In this document: piece by piece, positions 47,326-56,848 of the stretch
Numbering within the stretch: the first letter of the stretch is position 1
How the letters are laid out: each line of letters opens with the position of its first letter
Origin: a virus
Lineage: Duplodnaviria; Heunggongvirae; Uroviricota; Caudoviricetes
Strand: one strand, 5' to 3'
Length of the DNA: 64,000 bases
IMG/VR virus record: IMGVR_UViG_3300042484_000872
Coordinates: 48,338-112,337 of that record
Notes under the pieces: model-generated
The model's database searches: none
What the model saw: the letters and a program-made list of their open reading frames with translations, nothing else
What the model was told of the DNA's origin: nothing
Program-made: the position numbers and the translations under genes

Positions 47326-48000
47326 ATGGCAAGTAAATTAGTTGGGATTGTTGGTGCAACTGGTACTGGAAAGAGTACAGCAATTAAGCACCTAAATCCA
47401 GAAGAAACGTACATTATCAATGTTGCAAAGAAAGAGCTTCCTTTCAAGGGAAGTGAAAAGCTTTACAATGCTGAAAACAAAAATTACAAGGAAATTGAAG
47501 ATGCAAATGAAATATCTCGTCAGTTGAGAATTCTTTCAGACAAAGCTCCTCATATTAAGAACATCATCATTGAAGACTCTAATTACATTATGGGATTCAA
47601 TATGGTGGCTAAAGCTACAGAAGTAGGATTTACCAAGTTTAGTATTATGGCTAAAGACATGGTGGATCTATTTAGAACTGCTAGACAATTGAGAGAAGAC
47701 ATCACTGTATTCTATCTTACACATCCAGAAGAAGTGATGGATGGTCAAGATGTAATAGGATATAAAATCAAAACTGCAGGTAAGCTTATTGATAACCAAG
47801 TGTTATTAGAAGGATTGCTAACTGTATGTCTCTACACTCTTGTAGAAGAGAACAAAGATGGAACAGCTAATTATCAATTTGTAACTAATCGTTATAGAAA
47901 GTATCCAGCTAAGAGTCCTGATGGAATGTTCCAAGAATTAAAAATACCAAATAACCTGCAAATAGTAGCAGAAAGTTTAACAGATTATTATAACGCTTAA
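47326..48000 (+). CDS. P-loop NTPase
   Basis: Walker A GIVGATGTGKST near the N-terminus; 224 aa. Confidence 0.5.
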   Translation: MASKLVGIVGATGTGKSTAIKHLNPEETYIINVAKKELPFKGSEKLYNAENKNYKEIEDANEISRQLRILSDKAPHIKNIIIEDSNYIMGFNMVAKATEVGFTKFSIMAKDMVDLFRTARQLREDITVFYLTHPEEVMDGQDVIGYKIKTAGKLIDNQVLLEGLLTVCLYTLVEENKDGTANYQFVTNRYRKYPAKSPDGMFQELKIPNNLQIVAESLTDYYNA

Positions 48001-48013
48001 TTAAATAGAAATT

Positions 48014-48886
48014 ATGAGTAGTATCGGAGGAAAGAAAAGAGAGAACACAGGAAGTGGTGATTCAGTAAAGAAAGTAGGATTGTTCGAAGCAAACATTATT
48101 GCTATCAATCCAACAATTGAAGAGTATAAAGACAAGCTTGGTATTGATCTTAAAGAAGACAGCAAAGCTGCTGAGTATTTAGGTGAGACTAAAGATGGGA
48201 ACAGTTATGTTCGTTTAGATTTTTGGTTACAGAAAGTTAATACTACAGATAATTATAAAGTTAGCTTTTTCTTAGAAGATAAAGAACGTGAGAACAAAGA
48301 TGGAACTAAGAAACAATATATCAATTCTATTGGTATGTGTTCTTGGGCAGGAGATGAAAATGATCTAGCTGAATGGTTCACAAAAGGAAGAGATTTCAGA
48401 GTGGCGTATACAGGAGAAGAAGATCTTTACAACTTCATGAGAACATGGTTAGCTGATCTTGATTATCGTGATGCAGAAACTGTTCTACAATTAGAATGGA
48501 AGAAGTTGATGAGAGGTAATATAAAAGACATTAAAGACCAAATTGGTGGAGAATGGGCTAAATCTGTTATTGCTCTTGCTACTGTTATTGTTAAAGAAAG
48601 AGATGGAGATTCTAAAGAGTATCAAGGTATCTATAATAAAGCCTTCTTAGGTGGATATGCATTGAAACAATTTAGACTTGTTGATTATGGAGACAGAAGA
48701 GTACAAGAGGGTCTTAAAAACAAGAAACCAAAAGATTTGAAAGCACACGAGAAATTCGTAGTGAATGTTATAGGTGAATATGGTTGTAAAGACTATTATA
48801 CACTAAAGGACCTACAGGATTATAATGCAGATGACAATTTAGTTGCTTCTGATGCATATATTTCTGAAGATGGTGACGATTATTAA
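48014..48886 (+). CDS. hypothetical protein with acidic C-terminal tail (SSB-like?)
   Basis: Ends SEDGDDY, i.e. acidic tail with a terminal aromatic as in phage ssDNA-binding proteins; sits between ATPase and primase genes. Weak. Confidence 0.3.
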   Translation: MSSIGGKKRENTGSGDSVKKVGLFEANIIAINPTIEEYKDKLGIDLKEDSKAAEYLGETKDGNSYVRLDFWLQKVNTTDNYKVSFFLEDKERENKDGTKKQYINSIGMCSWAGDENDLAEWFTKGRDFRVAYTGEEDLYNFMRTWLADLDYRDAETVLQLEWKKLMRGNIKDIKDQIGGEWAKSVIALATVIVKERDGDSKEYQGIYNKAFLGGYALKQFRLVDYGDRRVQEGLKNKKPKDLKAHEKFVVNVIGEYGCKDYYTLKDLQDYNADDNLVASDAYISEDGDDY

Positions 48887-48908
48887 TTCAATTGATTGTT
48901 AATGAAAG

Positions 48909-48940
48909 CCTCTATCAGAAATGATAGAGGTTTTTTATTT
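48909..48940 (+). terminator. intrinsic terminator CCTCTATCA-gaaa-TGATAGAGG + TTTTTTATTTT
   Basis: 9-bp perfect stem read directly; the track ATG 48921 lies in the loop. Confidence 0.5.
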
Positions 48941-48947
48941 TAAAGCT

Positions 48948-49952
48948 ATGAGTATACAAGGGAAAAAGAAAATAAATTTAACACCTGATAGCATACTGGA
49001 AAAGATATCTGAATATGATATCTATAAGATGTATATGCCACATCAGAACTGGAAGATTAATGTTGTTACTTATTCAGCCTTCAGAGATGAAAAACATCCA
49101 TCATTCATTATAGGATATAGAGGAGGAGCATTGAGATTTTATGATTTTACAGACTCTAGTAAAAAAGGTGGCTGTTTTGATTTTGTAATGATGCTATTCA
49201 ATATATCATTGCGTGAAGCATTATTGATGCTTGATAGAGATTTTGATTTAGGGATTGTTAATGCATCCTCTACAAGGAATTATGAGAGGATTGTTTCTGA
49301 TTATGCACAACCAACAGCTACATCTAAACGTGAATTCTTTATTCAAGTGAAGACAAGAAAGTTCACACATGAAGAACTAGCATATTGGAATATGTATTAT
49401 CAAGACATAGATGATCTTAGAGCTAATAATGTGTATTCAATAGACACTGTATATCTAAATAAAAAGAAGTTTCCTATATTGGATTCAGAATTGAGATTTG
49501 GTTATCTATATGAAGGACATTGGAAGATTTATAGACCATTTGCAGACAAGAAGAATAAGTGGATGCCAAATAATGTGCCTATTACTATGATGGATGGATT
49601 AGAAGACATCAAAGATTGTGATGTAGCATTCATTAATAAGAGTAAGAAGGATTACATGGTGATGAAAAAGATTTACCCATGTTGCTGTGCAGTGCAGAAT
49701 GAAGGTATGGGATGTTTCTCAGAAGAGAATGTAGAATACCTAAAAGATAATTCTGATAGACAAATCTTAAGCTTCGATAGTGATGAGACTGGTGTAAAGA
49801 ATTCTCAATTGATAACTGATAAGTTTGATTTTGAGTATTGTAATGTACCAAAGCTCTATCTAGGAGAAGGGATAAAAGATTGGGCTGATCTTGCCAGAAT
49901 ACATGGATTAAAAGTTATAGAAGAATATTTAACACAAAGAGAAATTATATGA
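48948..49952 (+). CDS. DNA primase (TOPRIM domain)
   Basis: EG motif (CAVQNEGMG) and DxD motif (SFDSDETG) of TOPRIM. Start moved to the ATG at 48948 (MSIQGKKK). Confidence 0.55.
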   Translation: MSIQGKKKINLTPDSILEKISEYDIYKMYMPHQNWKINVVTYSAFRDEKHPSFIIGYRGGALRFYDFTDSSKKGGCFDFVMMLFNISLREALLMLDRDFDLGIVNASSTRNYERIVSDYAQPTATSKREFFIQVKTRKFTHEELAYWNMYYQDIDDLRANNVYSIDTVYLNKKKFPILDSELRFGYLYEGHWKIYRPFADKKNKWMPNNVPITMMDGLEDIKDCDVAFINKSKKDYMVMKKIYPCCCAVQNEGMGCFSEENVEYLKDNSDRQILSFDSDETGVKNSQLITDKFDFEYCNVPKLYLGEGIKDWADLARIHGLKVIEEYLTQREII

Positions 49953-50344
49953 AATTAACATCAGAACAATTAAGTGATGTAGTGATAGAAAGCTTAGCAT
50001 TATCTGTTACACTACTAGAGAGATTTGAGACAATGGACCAGAATGGTTTATTTACAATGAGAGCTAAACAATCTTTAAGACAAACTCTTCCACACATCGA
50101 AGCTTATGTAAGTAAACTAATTACTGTCACTGCAGAAGATGAGGTGGAACATTTTAAGAAAGGAGCTACAGTGATAACAGAACTATCAAATAGAATAGAA
50201 AGATCTCTTAAAGCTGAACATATATTAGATATATCAACCAGAAAGAAATATTTGAAAGAAATGATAGAACTAACAGCATTGTTCCCAACACAGAAAGAAG
50301 AACTTTATGAAGGTATTAGAGATTCAGGAATTTTAAATTATTAA
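49949..50344 (+). CDS. hypothetical protein
   Basis: 131-aa ORF, 4-nt overlap with the primase gene. Confidence 0.45.
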   Translation: MKLTSEQLSDVVIESLALSVTLLERFETMDQNGLFTMRAKQSLRQTLPHIEAYVSKLITVTAEDEVEHFKKGATVITELSNRIERSLKAEHILDISTRKKYLKEMIELTALFPTQKEELYEGIRDSGILNY

Positions 50345-50346
50345 TC

Positions 50347-50550
50347 ATGACATTAAAAGAAAGATTTAAACAATGGTTAGATACTGATCCAAGAGAACAA
50401 ATCAGAGAAGTTCCATTAGAAATTATAGCAGAAGACTTTGCTATTGGGTTTGCAGATTGGATTAGAGTGTGTAAACTCAAAGAGAGAAGTTATGATTTTG
50501 ATAACATAGAAGAATTATTAAAAACTTATAAAGAAGAAAAAGGGCTATGA
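50347..50550 (+). CDS. hypothetical protein (tandem paralog 1)
   Basis: MTLKERF...AEDFAIGFADWI...ELLKTYKEEKGL. Confidence 0.45.
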   Translation: MTLKERFKQWLDTDPREQIREVPLEIIAEDFAIGFADWIRVCKLKERSYDFDNIEELLKTYKEEKGL

Positions 50551-50726
50551 CACTAAAAGACAAGTTTATAGGAGCAGATAGATATTCAATTAGAAAAACA
50601 ACTCTTGCTGATAGATGCGAACAAATAGCAGATGAATTTGCTATTGGTTTTGCAGAGTGGATAACCCAAGCAGAATTGCCTTTAGAAGAACTATTAAAAA
50701 CCTATAAAAAAGAGAAAGGATTATGA
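50547..50726 (+). CDS. hypothetical protein (tandem paralog 2, 59 aa)
   Basis: Hand-translated MTLKDKF...ADEFAIGFAEWI...ELLKTYKKEKGL; ATGA overlap with paralog 1. Confidence 0.4.
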   Translation: MTLKDKFIGADRYSIRKTTLADRCEQIADEFAIGFAEWITQAELPLEELLKTYKKEKGL

Positions 50727-50880
50727 GATGTTCAGACAATGAGCTAGAGATGCTCGAAGAAGAGATTAAAGAGAATATTGAGTGGTTAATGGCTGGAAGA
50801 AACGATGTAGAATGTATTAGTGTAGAAAACTTAGAAGCTATACTTACGAGATTCTTTCACAGAAAAATATCATTATCATT

Positions 50881-51600
50881 ATGAATTTTCAGAATTTTAA
50901 ACATCAAATGCATCCAAGTTGGTATTCCAAACTTAGACCATTTATAGAGAGTGAAGAGTGTGATAAGATATATGCATATCTAAAATCAGAGAGTAAGAGA
51001 GGCAAAAGAGTTGCTCCTCTCTCTATGCATGTTTGGAGATGTTTCTTTGAGACACCATTAGACAATTTAAAAGTGGTGATGGTGGGCCTATGTCCATATC
51101 ATACACTTAGAGATGATGCTCCTGTAGCAGATGGATTACTTATGGGATGTTCTATTACAGGTAAATTACAACCTACATTAGAACAATTCTATACAGGTCT
51201 AGAGAAAGAATTCTATGATGGATTAAACTTAAACTATGTACCAGATCCAGAAGTACACTATCTAGCAAACCAAGGCGTTCTTATGTTAAACGCAGCTCTT
51301 ACAACAGAGATTAATAAAGCAGGAAGTCACCTAGAGATATGGGAACCATTTATTAAATATCTGTTTGAAGAAGTGATTAATCATTTAGGAGTTCCTATTA
51401 TATTCCTAGGTAAAGATGCAGCTAAGTATAAAAAATACACAGGCATATTTGCACATGTGTTTGAGCTTAGTCATCCAGCATCTGCAGCTTATAAGGGATC
51501 AGAGTGGGATACAGAAGGAGTGTTCAGTAAAGTAGATATATTATTAGAAGAAAACAATGGGTTCACAGTGCAATGGTTGCCTGTAGATATGCCTTTTTGA
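50881..51600 (+). CDS. uracil-DNA glycosylase family-1 homolog with catalytic Asp replaced by Cys
   Basis: LKVVMVGLCPYH aligns with UDG motif A VKVVILGQDPYH (Q->L, D->C). YLANQGVLMLNAALT aligns with GVLLLNTVLT. HPASAAY aligns with HPSPLSA. C-terminus QWLPVDMPF aligns with IDWMPVLP. Confidence 0.6.
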   Translation: MNFQNFKHQMHPSWYSKLRPFIESEECDKIYAYLKSESKRGKRVAPLSMHVWRCFFETPLDNLKVVMVGLCPYHTLRDDAPVADGLLMGCSITGKLQPTLEQFYTGLEKEFYDGLNLNYVPDPEVHYLANQGVLMLNAALTTEINKAGSHLEIWEPFIKYLFEEVINHLGVPIIFLGKDAAKYKKYTGIFAHVFELSHPASAAYKGSEWDTEGVFSKVDILLEENNGFTVQWLPVDMPF

Positions 51601-51635
51601 TGTAACAATCAAATAATTAAAAATAATGAAAGATA

Positions 51636-51944
51636 ATGAAAGATAACAAATTGATTGCAGAGTTTATGGGATTTACCTATGAAAAAAATATAGGTTGGTA
51701 TGATAATGACATGAATATGCCACAAATAGTATATGATGTTCAAAATGGTAATTGTTTTAATGAATTATTATTTGATCAATCTTGGGACTGGTTAATGCCT
51801 GTAGTAGAAAAATGCTACAACACAAATGCAGACTATTCTTTACATAAAAAAATTGAGGATACTTTTATGTGCATCACATGTAATAGAATAAAATTAGTTT
51901 ATGACGCAGTAGTAGACTATATAAAAGAACAATTAAACAATTAG
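51636..51944 (+). CDS. hypothetical protein
   Basis: 102-aa ORF. Confidence 0.45.
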   Translation: MKDNKLIAEFMGFTYEKNIGWYDNDMNMPQIVYDVQNGNCFNELLFDQSWDWLMPVVEKCYNTNADYSLHKKIEDTFMCITCNRIKLVYDAVVDYIKEQLNN

Positions 51945-51949
51945 AAATT

Positions 51950-52207
51950 ATGGAAAATCAAATTATTAAAGTTGACAACCTAGTTGTAGGTGATGAAGTT
52001 ATTTATGGATGTGGTAGTGATCTTAGAAGAATAAAAATTATAAGACCTCTTGTAGTAGCTAAGAGTAGAGGTTGGGGTGGACATTATAGTAATACTAAAG
52101 TGGAAGTCTTAAATGCACATGATTTAAATGACAATACAGTGGTAAGAACAATATACCTAGATCTTAATTATAGAGGTCTTTGGTTGATAAAAAGAACAGC
52201 AATTTAA
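51950..52207 (+). CDS. hypothetical protein
   Basis: 85-aa ORF. Confidence 0.45.
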   Translation: MENQIIKVDNLVVGDEVIYGCGSDLRRIKIIRPLVVAKSRGWGGHYSNTKVEVLNAHDLNDNTVVRTIYLDLNYRGLWLIKRTAI

Positions 52208-52218
52208 AATTATAAAAA

Positions 52219-54516
52219 ATGATATTAGAAAAACAGAAAGAAGCAAATGTCCTAGAAGAAGGACAATCACAAGAATCAATTGGAATGTCCCTAGACTTAG
52301 ATTCTGCTCAGATATTGATGCAGATGTTAAGTAAGAATTTATATTCTGATGATATAGGCTCTGCTATCAGAGAATGTGCAAGTAATGCATTAGATAGCCA
52401 TAGAAGAGCTGGAGTGGACACTCCTATAATTGTTTCATTTAAAGCATCTGCAGCTAACAACTATGAGTTTTGTGTAGAAGATTTTGGTATAGGCTTAGAT
52501 GCTGATGATGTAAGAAACATTATTAGTAAATATGGTAAATCTACCAAGAGAAATTCTACAACAGAATTAGGTATGATGGGTCTTGGTTTCAAGGCTCCTC
52601 TAGCATATTCTAGTAGTTTCTATTTTGTATGTAGAAAAGATGGAATGGAACGCAAGTATATGATGTATGAAGGGGAAGATGCTAATACGATTGATCTTTT
52701 ATATGAAAAAGAAACAACAGAAGCTAATGGTGTAAAAATCATTATTCCTGTTAAGTATGCTGATAGATGGCAGTTTCACAAAAAGATTAAAGAACAACTA
52801 TGTTATTTCGAAAGTGTATACTTTGATGTACCAGAAGATTCTAAGATTACTAATGATTTTGTAATCTCTAGACATCCACACTTTCAATTCTCTGAAATGT
52901 CTACAGATCAAAACTTACACATCTGTTTAGACAATGTGTATTATCCTTTAGATTTTGAGAAGCTTGGTATTGGTAGAATTCAATTTCCTATAGGTCTTAG
53001 ATTTTCATTGAGTGATGGAATTTATCCTACACCAAATAGAGAATCTTTAAGATATACACAAGAGGCTAAGCAGATCATTATGGATAAACTTGGTCAAGTG
53101 GGAGATTATTTTGTTACTAAGTATAACGAAGCTATCACTGAGGGAAGTGACATTAAATCTATGGTGAATCACCTTGAGAAGAATGGACATTTTGTTGAAA
53201 TGGGTAATGGTACTAAATCTAAGATTGATGAGTTCATTAAATTCTCCACTGTAAAACCTATTGTTCCAGAATTAGAAGGAGTAGAACTATTGAACTTTCC
53301 TTCTTTGTACAAAACCTATAAGCAAAACATTCTTGTAGATCCATTTCCTGTTAGATATTCATTGAAATATAAAAGAATGTCTGATGCAGATAAAGGTTAT
53401 GTATGGGGATACAACTTAGAGAGTGTGTGTAATGGAGAATGTAATGTTTGGGTGTACACTGATAGAATTCCTCAAATCAAGAAAGATTTCCTAAGAGCTA
53501 CATGTAAAGAAACTCAAAGTAATTTTCTTGTTAAGAGAGGTACACCTATGAAATTAGGAATTCCTGCTAAGTTTGATCTTAAAACTTATTATCATTTATT
53601 GAAACTTGATAGATTTCCAAAAGAACAATGGAGAGATGCTATTAAAGAGTATCAACACATTATGTCTATGATTGAAGAAAACTTCACAGACCTTGATGAG
53701 TTAGAAGTTCCTCAAGATTTCATTGATAGCAAGAAGAAAGCAAAAATTAGTAAAGCTGGCTTAGCTAGTACTAAAAGACTGAAGCTGCAGGGAGAAATAG
53801 TTTGCAAGAAAGGTGTTGACTTGATGAGATGGAATGATGGAAGAAAGTGTAAATTTGATTCTCAAATCTATAAGTTAGAAGATCTTCATAAGGGTAAAGG
53901 ATTAAAGGTGTATACTCATCATGAGGACTTCTTGAAACTTGATCCTTTATATGGAATGATGGGAAAACAAAAGATGGAAGTGATTACATTCTCTAGTAGA
54001 GAACTAAAGATTGTAGAACAACTAAACATACACAATTTAATATCTTACGAGAAGTTTATGGAAGGTAAAACAGCACCATTCAAAAGAATGATTACATCAA
54101 TATTGATTCATGAGATGATAAGTACTTATAGAAGTACATTTGATCATGCAGATGCTTTGAAATATGTATCTACTGACTTATTTAATAAATTAGATAGATT
54201 AGCTACATACAGAAAAGACAATTATGTAGAAACAAATGATACATTAAGAAAAGCTATGTTAGAAGTGGCAACAGAACATAAATTGTTTGATCCACAAATC
54301 TATACAGAGTATTTAGAGATGTTAGACATATTTGAGAAGCTTACATTCTTGAATCCTGTATGTGCAAGATTAGGTTACACTCGTGAAGATGATCCAATGA
54401 TCCCAGTAATGACTGATTTGTTCAAATATTACAAGCATAGAGTAGATTTAAAGCACTATAATATCAAAATCAATGATGAAGTACTTACAGAAGAAACAAT
54501 AGATCAATTAACATAA
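52219..54516 (+). CDS. GHKL-family ATPase (Bergerat fold; Hsp90/MORC/MutL-like N-terminus), 765 aa
   Basis: N-box IRECASNALDS (ExxxNAxD), G1 VEDFGIGLD, G2 GMMGLGFKA. No TOPRIM motif seen downstream. Confidence 0.5.
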   Translation: MILEKQKEANVLEEGQSQESIGMSLDLDSAQILMQMLSKNLYSDDIGSAIRECASNALDSHRRAGVDTPIIVSFKASAANNYEFCVEDFGIGLDADDVRNIISKYGKSTKRNSTTELGMMGLGFKAPLAYSSSFYFVCRKDGMERKYMMYEGEDANTIDLLYEKETTEANGVKIIIPVKYADRWQFHKKIKEQLCYFESVYFDVPEDSKITNDFVISRHPHFQFSEMSTDQNLHICLDNVYYPLDFEKLGIGRIQFPIGLRFSLSDGIYPTPNRESLRYTQEAKQIIMDKLGQVGDYFVTKYNEAITEGSDIKSMVNHLEKNGHFVEMGNGTKSKIDEFIKFSTVKPIVPELEGVELLNFPSLYKTYKQNILVDPFPVRYSLKYKRMSDADKGYVWGYNLESVCNGECNVWVYTDRIPQIKKDFLRATCKETQSNFLVKRGTPMKLGIPAKFDLKTYYHLLKLDRFPKEQWRDAIKEYQHIMSMIEENFTDLDELEVPQDFIDSKKKAKISKAGLASTKRLKLQGEIVCKKGVDLMRWNDGRKCKFDSQIYKLEDLHKGKGLKVYTHHEDFLKLDPLYGMMGKQKMEVITFSSRELKIVEQLNIHNLISYEKFMEGKTAPFKRMITSILIHEMISTYRSTFDHADALKYVSTDLFNKLDRLATYRKDNYVETNDTLRKAMLEVATEHKLFDPQIYTEYLEMLDIFEKLTFLNPVCARLGYTREDDPMIPVMTDLFKYYKHRVDLKHYNIKINDEVLTEETIDQLT

Positions 54517-54521
54517 TTAAC

Positions 54522-54548
54522 AGGGGGACATTCGTGTCCCTCTCTTTA
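54522..54548 (+). terminator. stem-loop AGGGGGACA-ttcg-TGTCCCTCT followed by a T-rich tract
   Basis: Read directly, after the stop at 54516. Confidence 0.45.
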
Positions 54549-54574
54549 ACAATTAACAATTAAATTAAATCAAA

Positions 54575-56122
54575 ATGGAACACAAATTTTTAAGTCTTGA
54601 CTGGTTCAAGCAAACAGCAGAATCTGCAATTACTAAAGTGGTGGCTAACAAGTTAGAGAACTTGATGGAACAAGAAATTCCTGTAGAACAACAATGTCAT
54701 GCTAAACATGAGAAACCATATTTTGCTATTAAATTGGTAAATGACACACTTACAGTGGTGTTAACAGATGGAACTATTATCAGTAAGCCTGGTGCAACTG
54801 AGAATGATTATCATGCTGTTCAAGCAGCAAGAGATATATATGAAATACATGCTATTGTAAGTTCTCAAGAAGTGAAACAAGATGTAGCAGATATGAAAGC
54901 TGAAGCAGCAAGAATACAAGCTCTTCAACAAGGAGTAGAACTACTTGGAAAACTTCCTGATTTTGTTGTAAAAGGTAATTCAGTTTATCTTTCAGATACA
55001 ACTAGAAGTATGCCTCAATTGCTTGTGGAGAAATTCATTGAGATAGTTGATAGAGTGGGAGAAGAACCACAAACAGATGGTAGATCTTTTCATGAAGCTC
55101 TTAACGAGAATGATGATTATTTAGCTCATAAGAACTTCTTCATGTGGTGTTGTTTAAATCCAAGAGCTGAAGTGGCTAATGAACTATATAGATTCTTAAC
55201 AGAGAATAGTTTCAAAATCACTAAACAAGGATTCTTTGTAGCTCTTAGAAATGTTGTAACATTGCATGGATCTCCAGAACTGGTTCACTTCGTAAGTAAT
55301 GCTTACAACAAGGTGAAAGCTGTATGGAAGAAGAATCCAGATAACTACACTATTTTCTTAGAAAATGGAGAATACAAACTTGTACATGATGATAAGTTGT
55401 TTGAAGATATAATTGTTGAGTCTACAATATGTCCAGATTGTGTTGGTGAGGGTGGATACTATGAATCTTCAGAACACATGCATTATGATGATAATTGGTT
55501 TGATTGTGATACTTGTGGTGGATCAGGAGAAGTGGAAGAGTATGAATGGGAAGAAACAGTTCCTGTAGACCATGGTCAAAAGATTGGTGGATTAACAGCA
55601 TTGTATTTAGATCTTCCTAATAGAGAAGAGAATAGATTCACTGATAACTGGAGTAAAACATTTGATATCCGTATAGGACAAGTGGTAAGTATGCCTAAAG
55701 AAGAATGTAACTGGAGTACACAAGATTGTGCTACAGCAGGTCTTCACTTTGCTGGTTACACAGCTCCTTATGTTCTTTGTGGTGATACTACAGTTATGAC
55801 TCTTCATAATCCTATGAAGGTTGTAGGTATTGGTGCAGTGAAAGGTAGATGTTGGGAATATCTTCCATTCATGTTGACTACTGTTGCTGAAGCAGATCAA
55901 ATTATGAATGATAGAAGCTTTGACTTCTTACAATTAGATGAGCAATATGCTATCCGTGAATTAGAATCTCTTGCAGAGAAAGCTAAAGAAGGATTTGCAG
56001 CTGAGTCTAGAAAGTATGAATTCAACATGCCATCTATATCAGCTCATGAAATTAATGCTATTGTTGGTAGTCTTAGTGAAATGAAAGCCAAAATAACTAA
56101 TCGTGTGATTACGATTAATTAA
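54575..56122 (+). CDS. hypothetical protein with internal Cys cluster (CPDCVGEG...CDTCGGSG)
   Basis: 515-aa ORF immediately downstream of the GHKL ATPase. Confidence 0.55.
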   Translation: MEHKFLSLDWFKQTAESAITKVVANKLENLMEQEIPVEQQCHAKHEKPYFAIKLVNDTLTVVLTDGTIISKPGATENDYHAVQAARDIYEIHAIVSSQEVKQDVADMKAEAARIQALQQGVELLGKLPDFVVKGNSVYLSDTTRSMPQLLVEKFIEIVDRVGEEPQTDGRSFHEALNENDDYLAHKNFFMWCCLNPRAEVANELYRFLTENSFKITKQGFFVALRNVVTLHGSPELVHFVSNAYNKVKAVWKKNPDNYTIFLENGEYKLVHDDKLFEDIIVESTICPDCVGEGGYYESSEHMHYDDNWFDCDTCGGSGEVEEYEWEETVPVDHGQKIGGLTALYLDLPNREENRFTDNWSKTFDIRIGQVVSMPKEECNWSTQDCATAGLHFAGYTAPYVLCGDTTVMTLHNPMKVVGIGAVKGRCWEYLPFMLTTVAEADQIMNDRSFDFLQLDEQYAIRELESLAEKAKEGFAAESRKYEFNMPSISAHEINAIVGSLSEMKAKITNRVITIN

Positions 56123-56183
56123 TTTAATTATAGTTTTGTCCCAAATTTATTATATCTTTGGGACGAAACTTAATTATAAACAT

Positions 56184-56573
56184 ATGGCAAAGAGAGTGTT
56201 AGTCCCAAAGACAAGATGTGCAGGCACCATGAGTGAAGCTGCATTTTGGAGCTTCATAAGAAGTGCTTTGAGACAAAAGAGCAGATGGTGGAAACCTATA
56301 TCAGTATGTAAATTAAATGCACGTAGAGATTACAAAGGAACTAGTAAAAGACAAAAATACGAATACCAATGTAAGAAGTGCAAAACTTGGACTACTGAAA
56401 AGAATATTAATGTAGATCATATTATACCAGCAGGTTCATTGAATTGTGCACAAGACTTACCACTATTTGTGGAGAGACTATTCTGTGAACAAGATAACTT
56501 ACAGGTATTATGTACTACATGTCATGATAAGAAAACGCTTAAAGAGAAACAAGCTAAAAAGAAAACACTATGA
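56184..56573 (+). CDS. HNH endonuclease
   Basis: CKKCKTW...NVDHIIP...LQVLCTTCHDKKT. The track start at 56136 is a TTG inside a hairpin; the ATG at 56184 (MAKRVL...) is preferred. Confidence 0.6.
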   Translation: MAKRVLVPKTRCAGTMSEAAFWSFIRSALRQKSRWWKPISVCKLNARRDYKGTSKRQKYEYQCKKCKTWTTEKNINVDHIIPAGSLNCAQDLPLFVERLFCEQDNLQVLCTTCHDKKTLKEKQAKKKTL

Positions 56574-56848
56574 TAAAAGAACTTATAAGTAGACTCACTA
56601 TGATAAAAACAGATAAAGCATCTACATATGACTTAATCAGTGGTAGAAGACTTAGTTATTATCAAGATTATTATTTCCAAATATTCTTAGCAGAATCAAG
56701 ATGGGGATGTAGAATGAGAGTCAAATGAGCAGAACTATCAAAAAGAAGTTGACTGGAGCTAAAGCTGTTAGTCATCAGTGTAGAAACAATGGTACATGTC
56801 CTGTATGTTTTGGAAATAGAATGTATAAAAATTTAAAAAGAATGTTCA

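Noticed and set aside
52219-54516. Calling the GHKL ATPase a type-II topoisomerase/gyrase B subunit
   Set aside because: No TOPRIM (E...DxD) motif after the ATPase domain and no GyrA-like partner with catalytic Tyr nearby. The G2 box is closer to Hsp90/MORC.
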